A stretch of 64,000 nucleotides of DNA from Vulcanimicrobiota bacterium. GTDB taxonomy: Bacteria > Vulcanimicrobiota > Vulcanimicrobiia > Vulcanimicrobiales > Vulcanimicrobiaceae. The stretch is taken from NCBI GenBank assembly GCA_963714015.1, contig OY970223.1, positions 2,208,001 to 2,272,000 of the forward strand, in the 5' to 3' direction. Position 1 is the first letter of the stretch; each line of letters opens with the position of its first letter. The notes under the pieces were generated by a model. The model was not told where the DNA came from, ran no database searches, and saw only the letters and a program-made list of their open reading frames with translations. Below are positions 52,942 through 64,000 of the stretch, piece by piece. Made by a program: the position numbers and the translations under genes.

Positions 52942-55038
52942 ATGGCTGCAAGAGAATATCCGCTCGAGCGAACGCGCAACATCGGCATCGCCGCCCATAT
53001 CGATGCAGGCAAGACGACCTGCACCGAGCGTATTTTGTTTTACACCGGCCGCACGCACAAAATCGGCGAGGTTCACGACGGCGCCGCTACGATGGACTGG
53101 ATGGTTCAAGAGCAGGAGCGCGGGATCACGATCACGTCCGCTGCGACGGCCTGCACTTGGCGCGACACGCGAATCAACATCATAGATACGCCTGGCCACG
53201 TGGACTTCACCGTCGAGGTGGAGCGTTCGCTGCGCGTACTCGACGGTCTGGTAGCGCTCTTCGACTCGGTTGCGGCGGTGCAGCCCCAGTCCGAGACCGT
53301 TTGGCGTCAGGCAAACAAGTACCGAGTGCCGCGGATCATCTTCGTCAACAAGATGGACCGCATGGGCGCCGACTTCTTCAATGCCGTCGCCAAAATCAAA
53401 GAGCGTCTGGGCGCCAACGCCACACCGATCCAAGTGCCGATCGGTGCCGAAGACAACTTCAAGGGCGTCGTCGACCTGTTCACGATGAAGAAGGTCATCT
53501 ACACGGACGACATCGGTTCGACGACCGAGCAAGAAGACGTCGCCGGTGAGCTGAAAGAGCTCGCGCTCGAGTGGCGTCAGAATCTGGTCGAAAACATCGC
53601 CGAGCAAGATGAAGAGCTGCTCGAGATGTTCTTCGACGGCAAAGATCTGCCGATCGATCGCATGAAGGAAGCGCTGCGCAAGGCGACCATCGCCGGCACG
53701 GTGCTGCCCATGCTGTGCGGTTCTGCTTTCAAGAACAAAGGCGTGCAGCCGCTGCTCGATGCGATCGTCGAGTATCTGCCCTCGCCGCTCGAAGCCAAAC
53801 CGATCGTCGGCAAGGATCCGAAGACGGACGCGGAGATCGCGCGTAATCCCGACGACAAAGAACCGTTTGCGGCGCTGGCTTTCAAGATTGCGACCGACCC
53901 GTACGGGAACTTGACGTATTTCCGAGTATATTCGGGCACGCTCGAAAAGGGCTCGTACGTCTACAACTCGCGTTCGGGCAAGAAAGAACGCGTTGGCCGC
54001 ATTCTGCGAATGCACGCAAACCATCGCGAAGACATCGACGCGATCGGCGCCGGCGACATCGCGGCGGCGGTCGGCATGACGGACACGCGCACCGGCGATA
54101 CGCTGTGCGATGAAAAAAAGGCGATCGTGCTCGAATCGATCACGTTTCCGGAGCCGGTCATCTCCCAGGCGATCGAGCCCAAGACCAAAGGCGATCAGGA
54201 TCATCTCGGCAAGGGCCTGCAGCGCCTCGCGCAAGAGGACCCGACGTTCCGGATGTACACGGACGAAGAGACGCAGCAGACGATCATCGCCGGCATGGGC
54301 GAGTTGCATCTCGAGATCATCCTCGACCGTCTGCGCCGCGAGTTCAAGGTTGAAGCCAACGTCGGCAAACCGCAGGTCGCCTACAAAGAAGCGATCACCA
54401 AGAACGTCGAGAAGCAGGGCAAATTTGTTCGTCAGTCGGGCGGTAAAGGCCAGTACGGCGACATCTGGCTGCGCGTGGGGCCGGGCGAAGCGAATTCGGG
54501 ATTCACGTTCGACTGGAAAATCGTCGGCGGAGCGGTGCCCAAGGAGTACCAGAAGGCCGTTCAGGAAGGCATCCGCGAGGCATCGCAGAGCGGCGTGCTC
54601 GCGGGCTATCCCATCATGGACTTCCATGTCGAGGCCTTCGACGGTTCCTACCACGACGTCGACTCTTCCGAAATGGCGTTCAAGATCGCTGCGTCAATGG
54701 GTTTCAAAGAAGCCAATCGCGCTGCGGGCCCGATTTTGCTCGAGCCGATTATGAAGGTCGAAGTGACGACGCCAAAAGATTACATGGGCGCAATTACCGG
54801 AGACCTGAATCGCCGGCGCGGCATGATTCAGGCAACCGAAGAAGCTCCGGGCGGCGCGCAAGTGATCACGGCGAACGTACCGCTTTCCGAGATGTTCGGT
54901 TACGCGACGGACATGCGTTCGGCAACGCAGGGCCGGGCAACGTACACGATGGAGTTCTCGCATTACGAGAAGGCTCCGAAGTCCGTTGAGGAGGAAATCG
55001 TGGCGAAAGCCGCGGGCAAAAAAACCTCCGCCGCATAA
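52942..55038 (+). CDS. fusA: Elongation factor G
   Basis: [21 protein letters not shown] and GMGELHLE. Confidence 0.98.
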   Translation: MAAREYPLERTRNIGIAAHIDAGKTTCTERILFYTGRTHKIGEVHDGAATMDWMVQEQERGITITSAATACTWRDTRINIIDTPGHVDFTVEVERSLRVLDGLVALFDSVAAVQPQSETVWRQANKYRVPRIIFVNKMDRMGADFFNAVAKIKERLGANATPIQVPIGAEDNFKGVVDLFTMKKVIYTDDIGSTTEQEDVAGELKELALEWRQNLVENIAEQDEELLEMFFDGKDLPIDRMKEALRKATIAGTVLPMLCGSAFKNKGVQPLLDAIVEYLPSPLEAKPIVGKDPKTDAEIARNPDDKEPFAALAFKIATDPYGNLTYFRVYSGTLEKGSYVYNSRSGKKERVGRILRMHANHREDIDAIGAGDIAAAVGMTDTRTGDTLCDEKKAIVLESITFPEPVISQAIEPKTKGDQDHLGKGLQRLAQEDPTFRMYTDEETQQTIIAGMGELHLEIILDRLRREFKVEANVGKPQVAYKEAITKNVEKQGKFVRQSGGKGQYGDIWLRVGPGEANSGFTFDWKIVGGAVPKEYQKAVQEGIREASQSGVLAGYPIMDFHVEAFDGSYHDVDSSEMAFKIAASMGFKEANRAAGPILLEPIMKVEVTTPKDYMGAITGDLNRRRGMIQATEEAPGGAQVITANVPLSEMFGYATDMRSATQGRATYTMEFSHYEKAPKSVEEEIVAKAAGKKTSAA

Positions 55039-55196
55039 GCCGCGCAAGGACGACGATCCCAAAAGGGATCTCAAAGACCTCAGAGATCGCATGGATCCGA
55101 AGTTTCGAAAATACGCCGAGGACCGGAAGAACCCTGAGGACCCTAAAGACCCAATAAACAAAAGATAAGCAAAGCAAAGGATACTGAGAGCGAATC

Positions 55197-56399
<1,203 letters not shown>

Positions 56400-56422
56400 G
56401 TCTTTTCCGCCGATATGTCGTT

Positions 56423-56465
56423 GCTCAAGGCCTCGTGTAGCAGTCAGTACACTTAGGCCTTGAGC
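56423..56465 (+). other. Stable stem-loop in the tuf-rpsJ spacer
   Basis: GCTCAAGGCCT pairs with AGGCCTTGAGC (11 bp), with an inner GTGTA/TACAC stem; no U tract follows. Confidence 0.6.
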
Positions 56466-56526
56466 GCCTAATCTCGACGAAAAATACCGTCGTCCTGAGT
56501 AATAAGAAATTCAAGAAAGAAAGTAA

Positions 56527-56835
56527 ATGGCTAAGCAGAAAATTCGCATCCGCCTGAAGGCGTACGATCACAAAGTGCTCGATCAATCGGCGGAGCGTAT
56601 CGTCGAGACGGCGAAGCGCACGGGTGCATTCGTCAGCGGGCCCGTTCCGCTGCCGACCGAAATCAACCGCTTCTGCGTGAATCGTTCGCCGCACGTCGAC
56701 AAGAAGTCGCGCGAACACTTCGAGATGCGCACGCACAAGCGCCTGATCGATATTCTGCAAGCCTCGCCCAAGACGATGGACGCGCTGATGCACCTCGATT
56801 TACCGGCCGGAGTCGACATCGAACTCAAAGCCTAA
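56527..56835 (+). CDS. rpsJ: 30S ribosomal protein S10
   Basis: [11 protein letters not shown] and [23 protein letters not shown]. Confidence 0.98.
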   Translation: MAKQKIRIRLKAYDHKVLDQSAERIVETAKRTGAFVSGPVPLPTEINRFCVNRSPHVDKKSREHFEMRTHKRLIDILQASPKTMDALMHLDLPAGVDIELKA

Positions 56836-56856
56836 CAGCTTAGCCCGATTATTCAA

Positions 56857-56884
56857 GACCCCGCTGCTTCAGCGGGGTTTTTTT
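56857..56884 (+). terminator. Rho-independent terminator after rpsJ
   Basis: ACCCCGCTG-CTT-CAGCGGGGT followed by a T run. Confidence 0.88.
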
Positions 56885-56962
56885 CTTTCGCGCCGGAGCA
56901 TGCAGCCGCACGCAGATTGACGAGGACGGAGCCCGCGACGTAAGGCCGAATCCGTTAGCTCT

Positions 56963-58528
56963 ATGCTCGCCATGCTGCTCTTTGCGGCCTTCTCCGGGTT
57001 TTCGACATACCAGCCCATTACGCTCGCTACGCCCGTTCCGCATCCGCCAAAACCGCCATGCCGCGTCACGTTATTCGAGAACCGCGCTTTCTTGGGCGAC
57101 GCGCCGTTCCTCGGACCGTATCTGCCGAAATGTACGGGACCATGGGCACGCGTCGTGCTGCACTTAAATACGCGCATCAAGGGCATGCAGTACGATCGCA
57201 TGGGAGCCCTGTGGCTGAACCGATCGGAGTTGCTGCGATTCACGACTGCCGAGCCGACGAAGCACGGCATAGCGTATTCCGTCCAGAAGGACGTTACGGC
57301 GTACGCGGCCCTGTTTCGAGCGCCCGGGTCCGTCGTGGCGGAACTTGCAAATTACGTCGACAAGCAGGATGACGGCATTTACTATTTGGACGCCTATCTG
57401 GATTTTTATCGGGCGTCTCGAGCGAATCCGGCGCCGATGGGCGCGGACGGCATACTGCCGATCGACAATGAACTGAGCGCCGTTCCCTGGAGCACCGGCG
57501 GTATGCTGACCGACCGGCTTGCGCCGCTGCCGCGAAACATCGTCGCAGCGCAGCTGGATTTATACGCGAGTAATCACGGCTGCGACGAATTCTGGTATAC
57601 GAATGTCCCCGACGCATATGCCGCCAGGCATAAGGCCGACGGTTTGTGCGGCGGCGGAACGTATCGCGAGATCGACGTCGCGATCGACGGCAGACCGGCA
57701 TCGGTCGTCTATCCGTTTCCATACATCTGGACCGGCGGCATCAATCCGCTCTTGTGGCGTCCGCTCTCGGCGATCGATACGCTGAACGTTCCGGCGTACC
57801 GGGTCGATCTCGATCCCTGGGCGGGTGTGCTCTCAGACGGTAAACCGCACACCGTTACCCTCGCGGTGTTCGATAATCGCGGCCTGTGGCCGATGGACGC
57901 GAATCTTCTGCTCTGGCGGGATCGTCGCGCCGCTCGCACCGGCGGAAAGGTCGTCGAAGATACGATTGCTCCAACCCACGTCATCACACGTGACGGCCTC
58001 GACCCTAAGGGAGGGCGGTTCGGTCAGTCGGCGGTCACGAACTGGATCGTGAAAGGGTATGTCGTGACCAGTGCGGGGGCAGTCCGGCACAGTATCCGAG
58101 CGGGGTCGTCGTTCTCGAATCACCAGCGCCTAAATTTTTCAACGGGCGAGCAGGACGCCTCGCAGGACGAGTACTTCACCTTTGCAACGCTCGCACAAAG
58201 TTCGAAAAAAACCGTAAAGAGCGTCTTCTTCGGCGCGTATCAGCTCTCGGCAAACTCCGTATATCCGCCGCTCGCGGCCGGCTCTCCGTTCGCGCTGATC
58301 GTCCGCGCCGGCGTGCAGCAACGCCGAACTCTGGTTGCGCCGGGAAGGGATGGCTGTGACTTCGTCGTCCGAGCGCGGGCGCTACTCCAGCGGCGCAAAG
58401 ACGGCCGCAGGCCCATCCAGCGCGGCGACACGTTCGAGCGCAGCCATTGCTGGGGCGTGCGGAATTCCGTGCGCTGGGCCCGCGCGCACAACGGCGCGAT
58501 CACGTCCGGTAATATAAGCAACATCTAG
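56963..58528 (+). CDS. Peptide-N4-(N-acetyl-beta-glucosaminyl)asparagine amidase (PNGase A family)
   Basis: QYDR, TTAEP, DEFWYTNVP, YREI and PFPYIWTGGINPLLWRP; hydrophobic N-terminus. Confidence 0.85.
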   Translation: MLAMLLFAAFSGFSTYQPITLATPVPHPPKPPCRVTLFENRAFLGDAPFLGPYLPKCTGPWARVVLHLNTRIKGMQYDRMGALWLNRSELLRFTTAEPTKHGIAYSVQKDVTAYAALFRAPGSVVAELANYVDKQDDGIYYLDAYLDFYRASRANPAPMGADGILPIDNELSAVPWSTGGMLTDRLAPLPRNIVAAQLDLYASNHGCDEFWYTNVPDAYAARHKADGLCGGGTYREIDVAIDGRPASVVYPFPYIWTGGINPLLWRPLSAIDTLNVPAYRVDLDPWAGVLSDGKPHTVTLAVFDNRGLWPMDANLLLWRDRRAARTGGKVVEDTIAPTHVITRDGLDPKGGRFGQSAVTNWIVKGYVVTSAGAVRHSIRAGSSFSNHQRLNFSTGEQDASQDEYFTFATLAQSSKKTVKSVFFGAYQLSANSVYPPLAAGSPFALIVRAGVQQRRTLVAPGRDGCDFVVRARALLQRRKDGRRPIQRGDTFERSHCWGVRNSVRWARAHNGAITSGNISNI

Positions 58529-58618
58529 CAACTTCCCGGCGTGCGGGCGACTAGGATCGACAGTCAGGACACTGCATGGCGAGGTCGAAGTCCGAGACTT
58601 GCCTGAAAGGGGGCTGCT

Positions 58619-58855
58619 ATGGAAGTAAAACCCACCTACCTTGGAACGATGATTGCCCTGGCGACGGTCGCTTTCGGAATCATTTCGGCGCTTGCGTGGA
58701 ACAAGTTCATCACCGATCTAATCGCGCTCTTCCTCAAGCCGGGGAGCGGCGTATGGGCCGAACTGTTGTACGCCGTAGTCATCACCTTGATCGCCGTTAC
58801 CGTCATTCAAAATCTCGGCAAACTGGCCGAGCGGGGTATCGGGCCGAAGGTCTAG
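58619..58855 (+). CDS. Small two-helix membrane protein (DUF5654-like)
   Basis: AFGIISALAWN and LLYAVVITLIAV. Confidence 0.75.
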   Translation: MEVKPTYLGTMIALATVAFGIISALAWNKFITDLIALFLKPGSGVWAELLYAVVITLIAVTVIQNLGKLAERGIGPKV

Positions 58856-58859
58856 GGCC

Positions 58860-61803
58860 TTAGTGTGCGGCCGCAGAGCGCCGTAAGCGTAGTTCCGCGG
58901 CAACGTGGTTGCCGTAGCCGGGAATCCGCTCGACTCGCAGCGATCGCGTCAGCCGCGAGATGATGTAGAGTCCGCGGCCGTTTTCGCTAAAGGGATTCTC
59001 GGGCAGCGACGGATTACGAACGACTCCCCTACCGCGATCCGTTACATGGAGCACGGGATGCGTTCCGCTCCACTGCAGTTGCACGTCTATCGGCCCAGGC
59101 GCGTGGCGCACGACGTTTCCGACCAGTTCACCGAAGACCAGCTCGGCCGCTTCAAAATCGCCGCGGGAGTTGGTCTTTTCGCGAAGGTACGACATGAGTT
59201 CCGTGCGCGCTTCATGCGCCGCCTGCGCGTTTTCGGCATCGAACGACCATTGGTACCCCTCGCCGAAGCGCACGGTAAGAACCGCAGTGTCGTCCTGCGA
59301 TTCGTACGGCAAACACGCATCGCAGAGAAAGCGCGCAGCACTGCGAACGTAGAGAATCGCTTCGGAACCGGCCACCGTGCGAAGACGGCTGGTTCCGAAC
59401 GCCAAATCGCGGGTCGCTTCGGTCAGGCCGTCGGTGTAAAGCATCAGCAGATCGGCGCCCTCCAGCGAGACTTCCTTTGCCGCCTCGTGATCCAAATCGC
59501 GCAGACCGAGCGGGAGACCGTCGGATCGCAGCTCCTCCACGCCGGCGCCTCGTCGCAAAAGCGGCGGCGGATGACCCGCGGCGGCAAAGCGCATCGTTTT
59601 GCGGTCGGGGGAGATAATTCCAAGGAATGCAGTCGCAATTTCGCTCGAGCCGCGCGTGCGCAGCGCGAAGTCGACGGAGTCGAGCAGACGCGCCGGATCC
59701 GTTTCGTAAAGGCACGCCATCCCCATCGCTTGGCGAAGTTTTCCCATCAAACCGGCCGCCCGCAGCCCGCGCCCGGTCACGTCGCCGACGCTCACCGCAA
59801 CCGATCCATCGCGCAGTTTGACGGCGTCGTACCAATCGCCGCCGACATCGGCTTCGCGTGAGCTCGGGCGGTACTCCGATTCAAAGCTCAATCCGGCAAT
59901 GACCGGCAGCATACCCGGTTGCGGAAGAAGCGTCCGCTGCAGCGCGTGCGCGATTCGGCGCTCGCGGTCAAGCGTGCGCGCGTGTTCGATTGCAATCGAC
60001 AGCCGGCGCCCCAGATCTTCGAACACGGGGACGTCTTCAGGGCAGTAGCGGCGATCCGCCCGGCACCAATAGACCTCGAGCGCACCGAACGACTCGCCGC
60101 GCGCGTACAGCGGGATCGTTATGCACGAGGTCGGCCCGAGCGCTTTGAGATCCGCGATGACGTACTCCCAAACGTCGGCGAGCAGTTCCCCGGCTGAAAT
60201 CTCGGCACGCAACCGAGGTCTCTCGCGCGTTAGTTCACGAACAGCGCGCTCCTCGGCTTGCGGGCGCAGAATGCGCTGACCTCGCAGTTGGTGCGCGATC
60301 TGCGCCTTGCGCCGGTCCCGATGCGCCGCTGAAACGGTTCGCAACGCCTCCCCGCCCTCCGCCAGCACGACGAATGCCAAGTCCGCCATCTCCGATACGA
60401 CGAATTCGGTCAGCCGGTCGAACGTGGACTGCAAATCGAACGACTCAAAGATCAATTCACTGGCCCGCGCGATAAAGCGCAGACGCTCAGATCGCCGCCG
60501 TTCTTCGCTATACAGACTTTGCGGTGCCAATAGCGGAAGCCGCTCTTCGCGCCACCATTTCGACGACGGCCAAATCGTCGTTGCTGAAGCTGTGGCCGGA
60601 TTCAGACGAGACGAGCGTGATCGCTCCGAGCGCCCGATTCGCCTCAGTGCCGATCGGCACGATCATGATCGAATGCATTGCCAGGTTTTGCAGAATCGTC
60701 AGATGTTCGGCGTCTGTTGCTGCTCTGCGTACGCTTTCCGGATCGATAGTAGGCATCAGGAGCGAGAGATTCTTGCGAATGGCCTTATCCACGGCTGAAC
60801 CGCGCTCGATAGGATAGCGGCCGCGAAACTGCTCGACGTAACGGATTCGTGCCGGATTACGGTGTGCGATCGAAATCGTTTCGTACCGTCCGTCCTCCTG
60901 CAGCAAAGTGATGAAGCACCAATCAGCGACGCTCGCGATCGCGAGCCGAGCGAGCTCGTTGCAGACCGCTTCAACGTCCAGAAGCGCGGTTAATGCGGCG
61001 GTGGCGTCGAGTGCGAAACGGAGGTTTGCATTCGCGCGCACCTGCTGATCGACGTCGGTCGCCGTCCCAATCCACTTGAGGATCGTTCCGGACTCGTCGC
61101 GGATAGGCACGGAGCGCGCGATGAACCACCGGTACGTTCCGTCGCGGGCGTTGCGAAGCCGGTATTCGATTTCGAACGGTTTGCCGGTTGAAAGGGCGCT
61201 GGACCAGCGGCTCCAGGTAAGATTCAGATCTTGCGGATGCACGACGTGCTTGGTACCCGTTGCCCTCATGCGCTCGACGGTCAGCGCCGTATAGTCCAGC
61301 CACGGCCGGTTAAAGTATTCGATGCTGCCGTCCGGAGCGGCGATCCAAGCAAAGTGCGGCATCGCGTCCGCAAATTCGCGAAAACGATCGCGACTGGCCG
61401 AAAGCTCGGCGACGCGGCTGGTCAACTGCGTGATGTCGGATACGGCGCCCGTAAAGCTTACAGCGCCGATTTCGCTGCCGAGCGGCGCGAGCAAAATGCG
61501 CACGGTCCGTGCAGAGTCCGCCGCGAGTTGCGCGTGAAAATCGCCTGCACCGCCCTCTTCGATGACGGCACACCAAGCCGCTTCCAACCGCGCGCGATCC
61601 GCCGGCAGAATGGCGCGTAGCCATTCGCTGCCCAAACCGTCATTACGGTCGAGTCCGAGGATCTGGAAAAAGCGCGGAGTGGCAAAAATAATCGCGCCGG
61701 TGCAGTCGGCTTGAAAAAGACCGACCGGTGCGCCTAAAGCGACGCGTTCCAATGTGCCCTGTTCAGGCGGCGCGTCCGGTTCTAAAGGACGGCTGTAAGC
61801 CAC
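58860..61803 (-). CDS. PAS-PAS-GAF-GAF-PP2C(SpoIIE)-HATPase signalling protein, frameshift near 60520
   Basis: VHPQD and EYRLR (PAS); VGGDWYD, GDVTGRG, YTDGLTE and DDTAVL (PP2C); ELVGNVVRH, DRGRG and GRGL (RsbW-like). Confidence 0.85.
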
Positions 61804-61864
61804 TTACTCCTCTCTACCCACTCTGTTGCATGGATACGCCTGCCCGCCCGGCGAAGGGTCGGAC

Positions 61865-62290
61865 ATGCCGATCCCTCTCCTCGAGGTGCGTGAACGAATA
61901 TTTTCGGGCACTCGCCGGCGCATCTTTCAACTTTTGGTGGACATGGGCACGTCCAACGACGTCGTGTGGCCGTTCCCGGCCCAGCCGTTCATGCGATCGC
62001 CCGGTCCGCTGACGCCGGGGAAAACCGAAGAATGGCACAACGGCTTTCACGCGGTTCTCGAGGAGGTCGTTCCGCTGGAGCGGATCGTCTGGCAGATTCG
62101 GAACGACGGTTTTGAAGGTAAACACGGCTTCTATTTGAGCGGCGACCCAAAAAAGACGACGGTTCAGCACCGCATCGAGGCAACGCTGAGCGACACGGAG
62201 GGCCGTCTGCTCTGGCGGCGCCTCGAGGACGCCAACGAACGATCGATGGAGGCTTTGTTCGACAAGATCGCCCGAGTGCTCAAACGCTGA
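61865..62290 (+). CDS. Hypothetical protein, possibly SRPBCC fold
   Basis: 141-aa ORF with WPFP, EEVVPLERIVW and a C-terminal amphipathic helix; abuts the next gene. Confidence 0.6.
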   Translation: MPIPLLEVRERIFSGTRRRIFQLLVDMGTSNDVVWPFPAQPFMRSPGPLTPGKTEEWHNGFHAVLEEVVPLERIVWQIRNDGFEGKHGFYLSGDPKKTTVQHRIEATLSDTEGRLLWRRLEDANERSMEALFDKIARVLKR

Positions 62291-63474
62291 TGGCGACGAT
62301 GGACCAAAAGCGCGCGTCCCTCAATACGTCCGATTTTCTCGACGTTGACGCCCTTTTGACGGAAGAGGAGCGGATGATTCGGGACACGGTGCGAGCGTTC
62401 GTGCGGGATCGCGTTGGGCCCAACGTCGCCCAGTGGTTCGAAGCCGGAACGATTCCACGCGACTTTGGAAGGGAACTGGGGGAGCTCGGATTACTCGGCA
62501 TGCACTTGTCCGGCTACGGCTGTCCGGGCGTCAGTGCCGTGGCATACGGCTTGGCTTGCATGGAACTCGAGGCAGGCGATTCCGGGGTTCGCAGCTTCGC
62601 CTCGGTTCAAGGATCGCTCGCAATGTATGCGATTCACCGCTGGGGCTCCGAAGATCAGAAGCAGCGATGGCTTCCGCGAATGGCCAAGGGTGAGGCGATC
62701 GGATGCTTCGGGTTGACCGAGCCGGATTTCGGCAGCAATCCTGCGGGAATGCGAACCTTCGCCAAGCGCGACGGCGGCGATTGGGTGATCGACGGGACGA
62801 AAATGTGGATCACGAACGGATCCATAGCCGACGTAGCAATCGTCTGGGCTCAGACGGACGAAGGCATTCGCGGCTTTGCCGTGCCGCGTGACTCAAAGGG
62901 ATACTCATCGCATGATATAGAGCGCAAACTTTCGCTGCGCGCTTCGGTAACCTCAGAACTGGTGCTGCAGAATTGCCGGGTTCCGGACGATGCGGCGTTT
63001 CCGGAAGTGCGTGGTTTGCGCGGCCCCCTGGCATGCCTGAACGAGGCGCGCTACGGCATCATCTGGGGCGCCATGGGCGCGGCTCGTTCCTGCTACGAAA
63101 CCGCACTGGCTTACGCGAAGGAGCGGGTGCAATTCGACCGTCCGATCGCCGCCTACCAGCTGACGCAGGAAAAACTCGTCAACATGCTGCTCGAGATAGG
63201 GAAGGGCACGCTGCTTGCATTGCACGTGGGCCGAATGAAAGATCAGCACCGGGCGCGGCCCGAACACGTCAGCTTCGGCAAACTGAACAACGTTCGCGAA
63301 GCGTTGCGGATAACTCGCGAGGCTCGCACCATTTTGGGCGCGAGCGGGGTGACCCTGGAGTATCCGATTATTCGCCACATGAACAACCTCGAATCGGTTC
63401 TCACCTACGAAGGGACGAGCGAGGTCCACACCTTGATCTTGGGTCAAGCGATCACGGGCATGAGCGCGTTCTAA
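62290..63474 (+). CDS. Acyl-CoA dehydrogenase (glutaryl-CoA dehydrogenase-like)
   Basis: GCFGLTEPDFGSNP, GTKMWITNG, SLRASVT and NLESVLTYEGT. Confidence 0.9.
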   Translation: MATMDQKRASLNTSDFLDVDALLTEEERMIRDTVRAFVRDRVGPNVAQWFEAGTIPRDFGRELGELGLLGMHLSGYGCPGVSAVAYGLACMELEAGDSGVRSFASVQGSLAMYAIHRWGSEDQKQRWLPRMAKGEAIGCFGLTEPDFGSNPAGMRTFAKRDGGDWVIDGTKMWITNGSIADVAIVWAQTDEGIRGFAVPRDSKGYSSHDIERKLSLRASVTSELVLQNCRVPDDAAFPEVRGLRGPLACLNEARYGIIWGAMGAARSCYETALAYAKERVQFDRPIAAYQLTQEKLVNMLLEIGKGTLLALHVGRMKDQHRARPEHVSFGKLNNVREALRITREARTILGASGVTLEYPIIRHMNNLESVLTYEGTSEVHTLILGQAITGMSAF

Positions 63475-63596
63475 GCAACCTCTAACGTCCCGAGGCCGCC
63501 AGGGGCACGTTTCTGAAACCTGCGGCTCAAATATTTCGTTTCCTAGTCGTCTCTCTCAACGCCGGAACCTACGGCGGGAGAACAAGCGAGGAAACG

Positions 63597-64000
63597 ATGC
63601 CCAATCTCTCCAGCAGAATATTCAGAAATTTGGTCGCCGCAGGGATCAGCACGGCGCTTGCCTTCTCCGGCCTTACGCCGGCGATCGCGCAAGAAGCGCC
63701 CAGCCATTCTCATGCAAGCGGCCGTGCTTCCGCAAGCTCCGGTTCACCGCAGCAGTCGTACCGCGCAACTAGTGCGCCCGAGCGTTCGTACAGCGCACCT
63801 CAGCGTTCGTACAGCGCACCTCAGCGTTCGTACAGCGCACCCGAACGCGCGTACAGCGCCCCCGAGCGTTCGTACAGCGCACCGGAGCGTTCGTACAGCG
63901 CACCTGAGCGTTCGTACAGCGCACCGGAGCGTTCGTACAGCGCCCCCGAGCGTTCGTACAGCGCACCCGAACGCGCGTATAGCGCACCCGAACGCGCGTA
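63597..64000 (+). CDS. Secreted low-complexity heptapeptide-repeat protein, partial
   Basis: GAGG RBS, signal peptide MPNLSSRIFRNLVAAGISTALAFSGLTPAIAQ, then (SAP[EQ]R[SA]Y)n open to the window end. Confidence 0.8.
   Translation, partial: MPNLSSRIFRNLVAAGISTALAFSGLTPAIAQEAPSHSHASGRASASSGSPQQSYRATSAPERSYSAPQRSYSAPQRSYSAPERAYSAPERSYSAPERSYSAPERSYSAPERSYSAPERSYSAPERAYSAPERA
63771..64000 (+). repeat. 21-bp tandem repeat, at least 11 copies
   Basis: Consensus AGCGCACCNGAGCGTTCGTAC; variation falls mainly at third codon positions. Confidence 0.95.

Noticed and set aside
56890..56960. Possible hammerhead ribozyme (TGACGAG...GCCGAA)
   Set aside because: Lacks the CUGANGA/GAAA core and the required three stems.
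58529..58618. Possible riboswitch upstream of the DUF5654-like gene
   Set aside because: I could not match any aptamer consensus or find a convincing terminator by eye.
63769..63987. Minus-strand Cys-rich ORF (VRCTNA repeats)
   Set aside because: Antisense shadow of the plus-strand repeat protein, which has the RBS and signal peptide.
63771..64000. Repeat array as a CRISPR
   Set aside because: Units are contiguous 21-mers with no unique spacers, they are in frame in a signal-peptide ORF, and no cas genes are present.

Overview
GC-rich (roughly 60-65% by eye) bacterial chromosomal window. TonB-dependent receptors, Cys/Thr/Ser-rich lipoproteins and a str operon ending in rpsJ suggest a diderm Terrabacteria lineage such as Vulcanimicrobiota/Ca. 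Eremiobacterota (inference only). In order it contains: (1) the 3' end of a 2-aminobenzoyl-CoA monooxygenase/reductase plus an SDR, with the rest of that aromatic-CoA pathway about 18 kb downstream; (2) a ROK-regulated glycan/amino-sugar locus (TBDR, lipoprotein, discoidin-domain glycoside hydrolase, SIS protein) whose upstream 23-bp motif recurs in front of a distant APC permease; (3) three related surface lipoproteins; (4) a YcaQ / GT39 / His-motif membrane protein operon; (5) transporters, a phosphoesterase and an aldehyde dehydrogenase; (6) two tandem TBDRs, a sugar ABC transporter and a divergent IclR-led inositol-type operon that has a split transketolase and a LeuB-family enzyme instead of iolC/iolJ/iolA, the best candidate here for an undescribed pathway; (7) pilin-like genes, an acyltransferase and a GntR/YtrA operon; (8) rpsL-rpsG-fusA-tuf-rpsJ; (9) a PNGase A homolog, a PAS-GAF-PP2C-HATPase protein, an acyl-CoA dehydrogenase and a secreted heptapeptide-repeat protein cut by the window end. 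About 15 genes carry frame breaks, most likely long-read indel errors. I saw no rRNA, tRNA, CRISPR array or transposase. All calls come from reading motifs by eye; no database searches were run.
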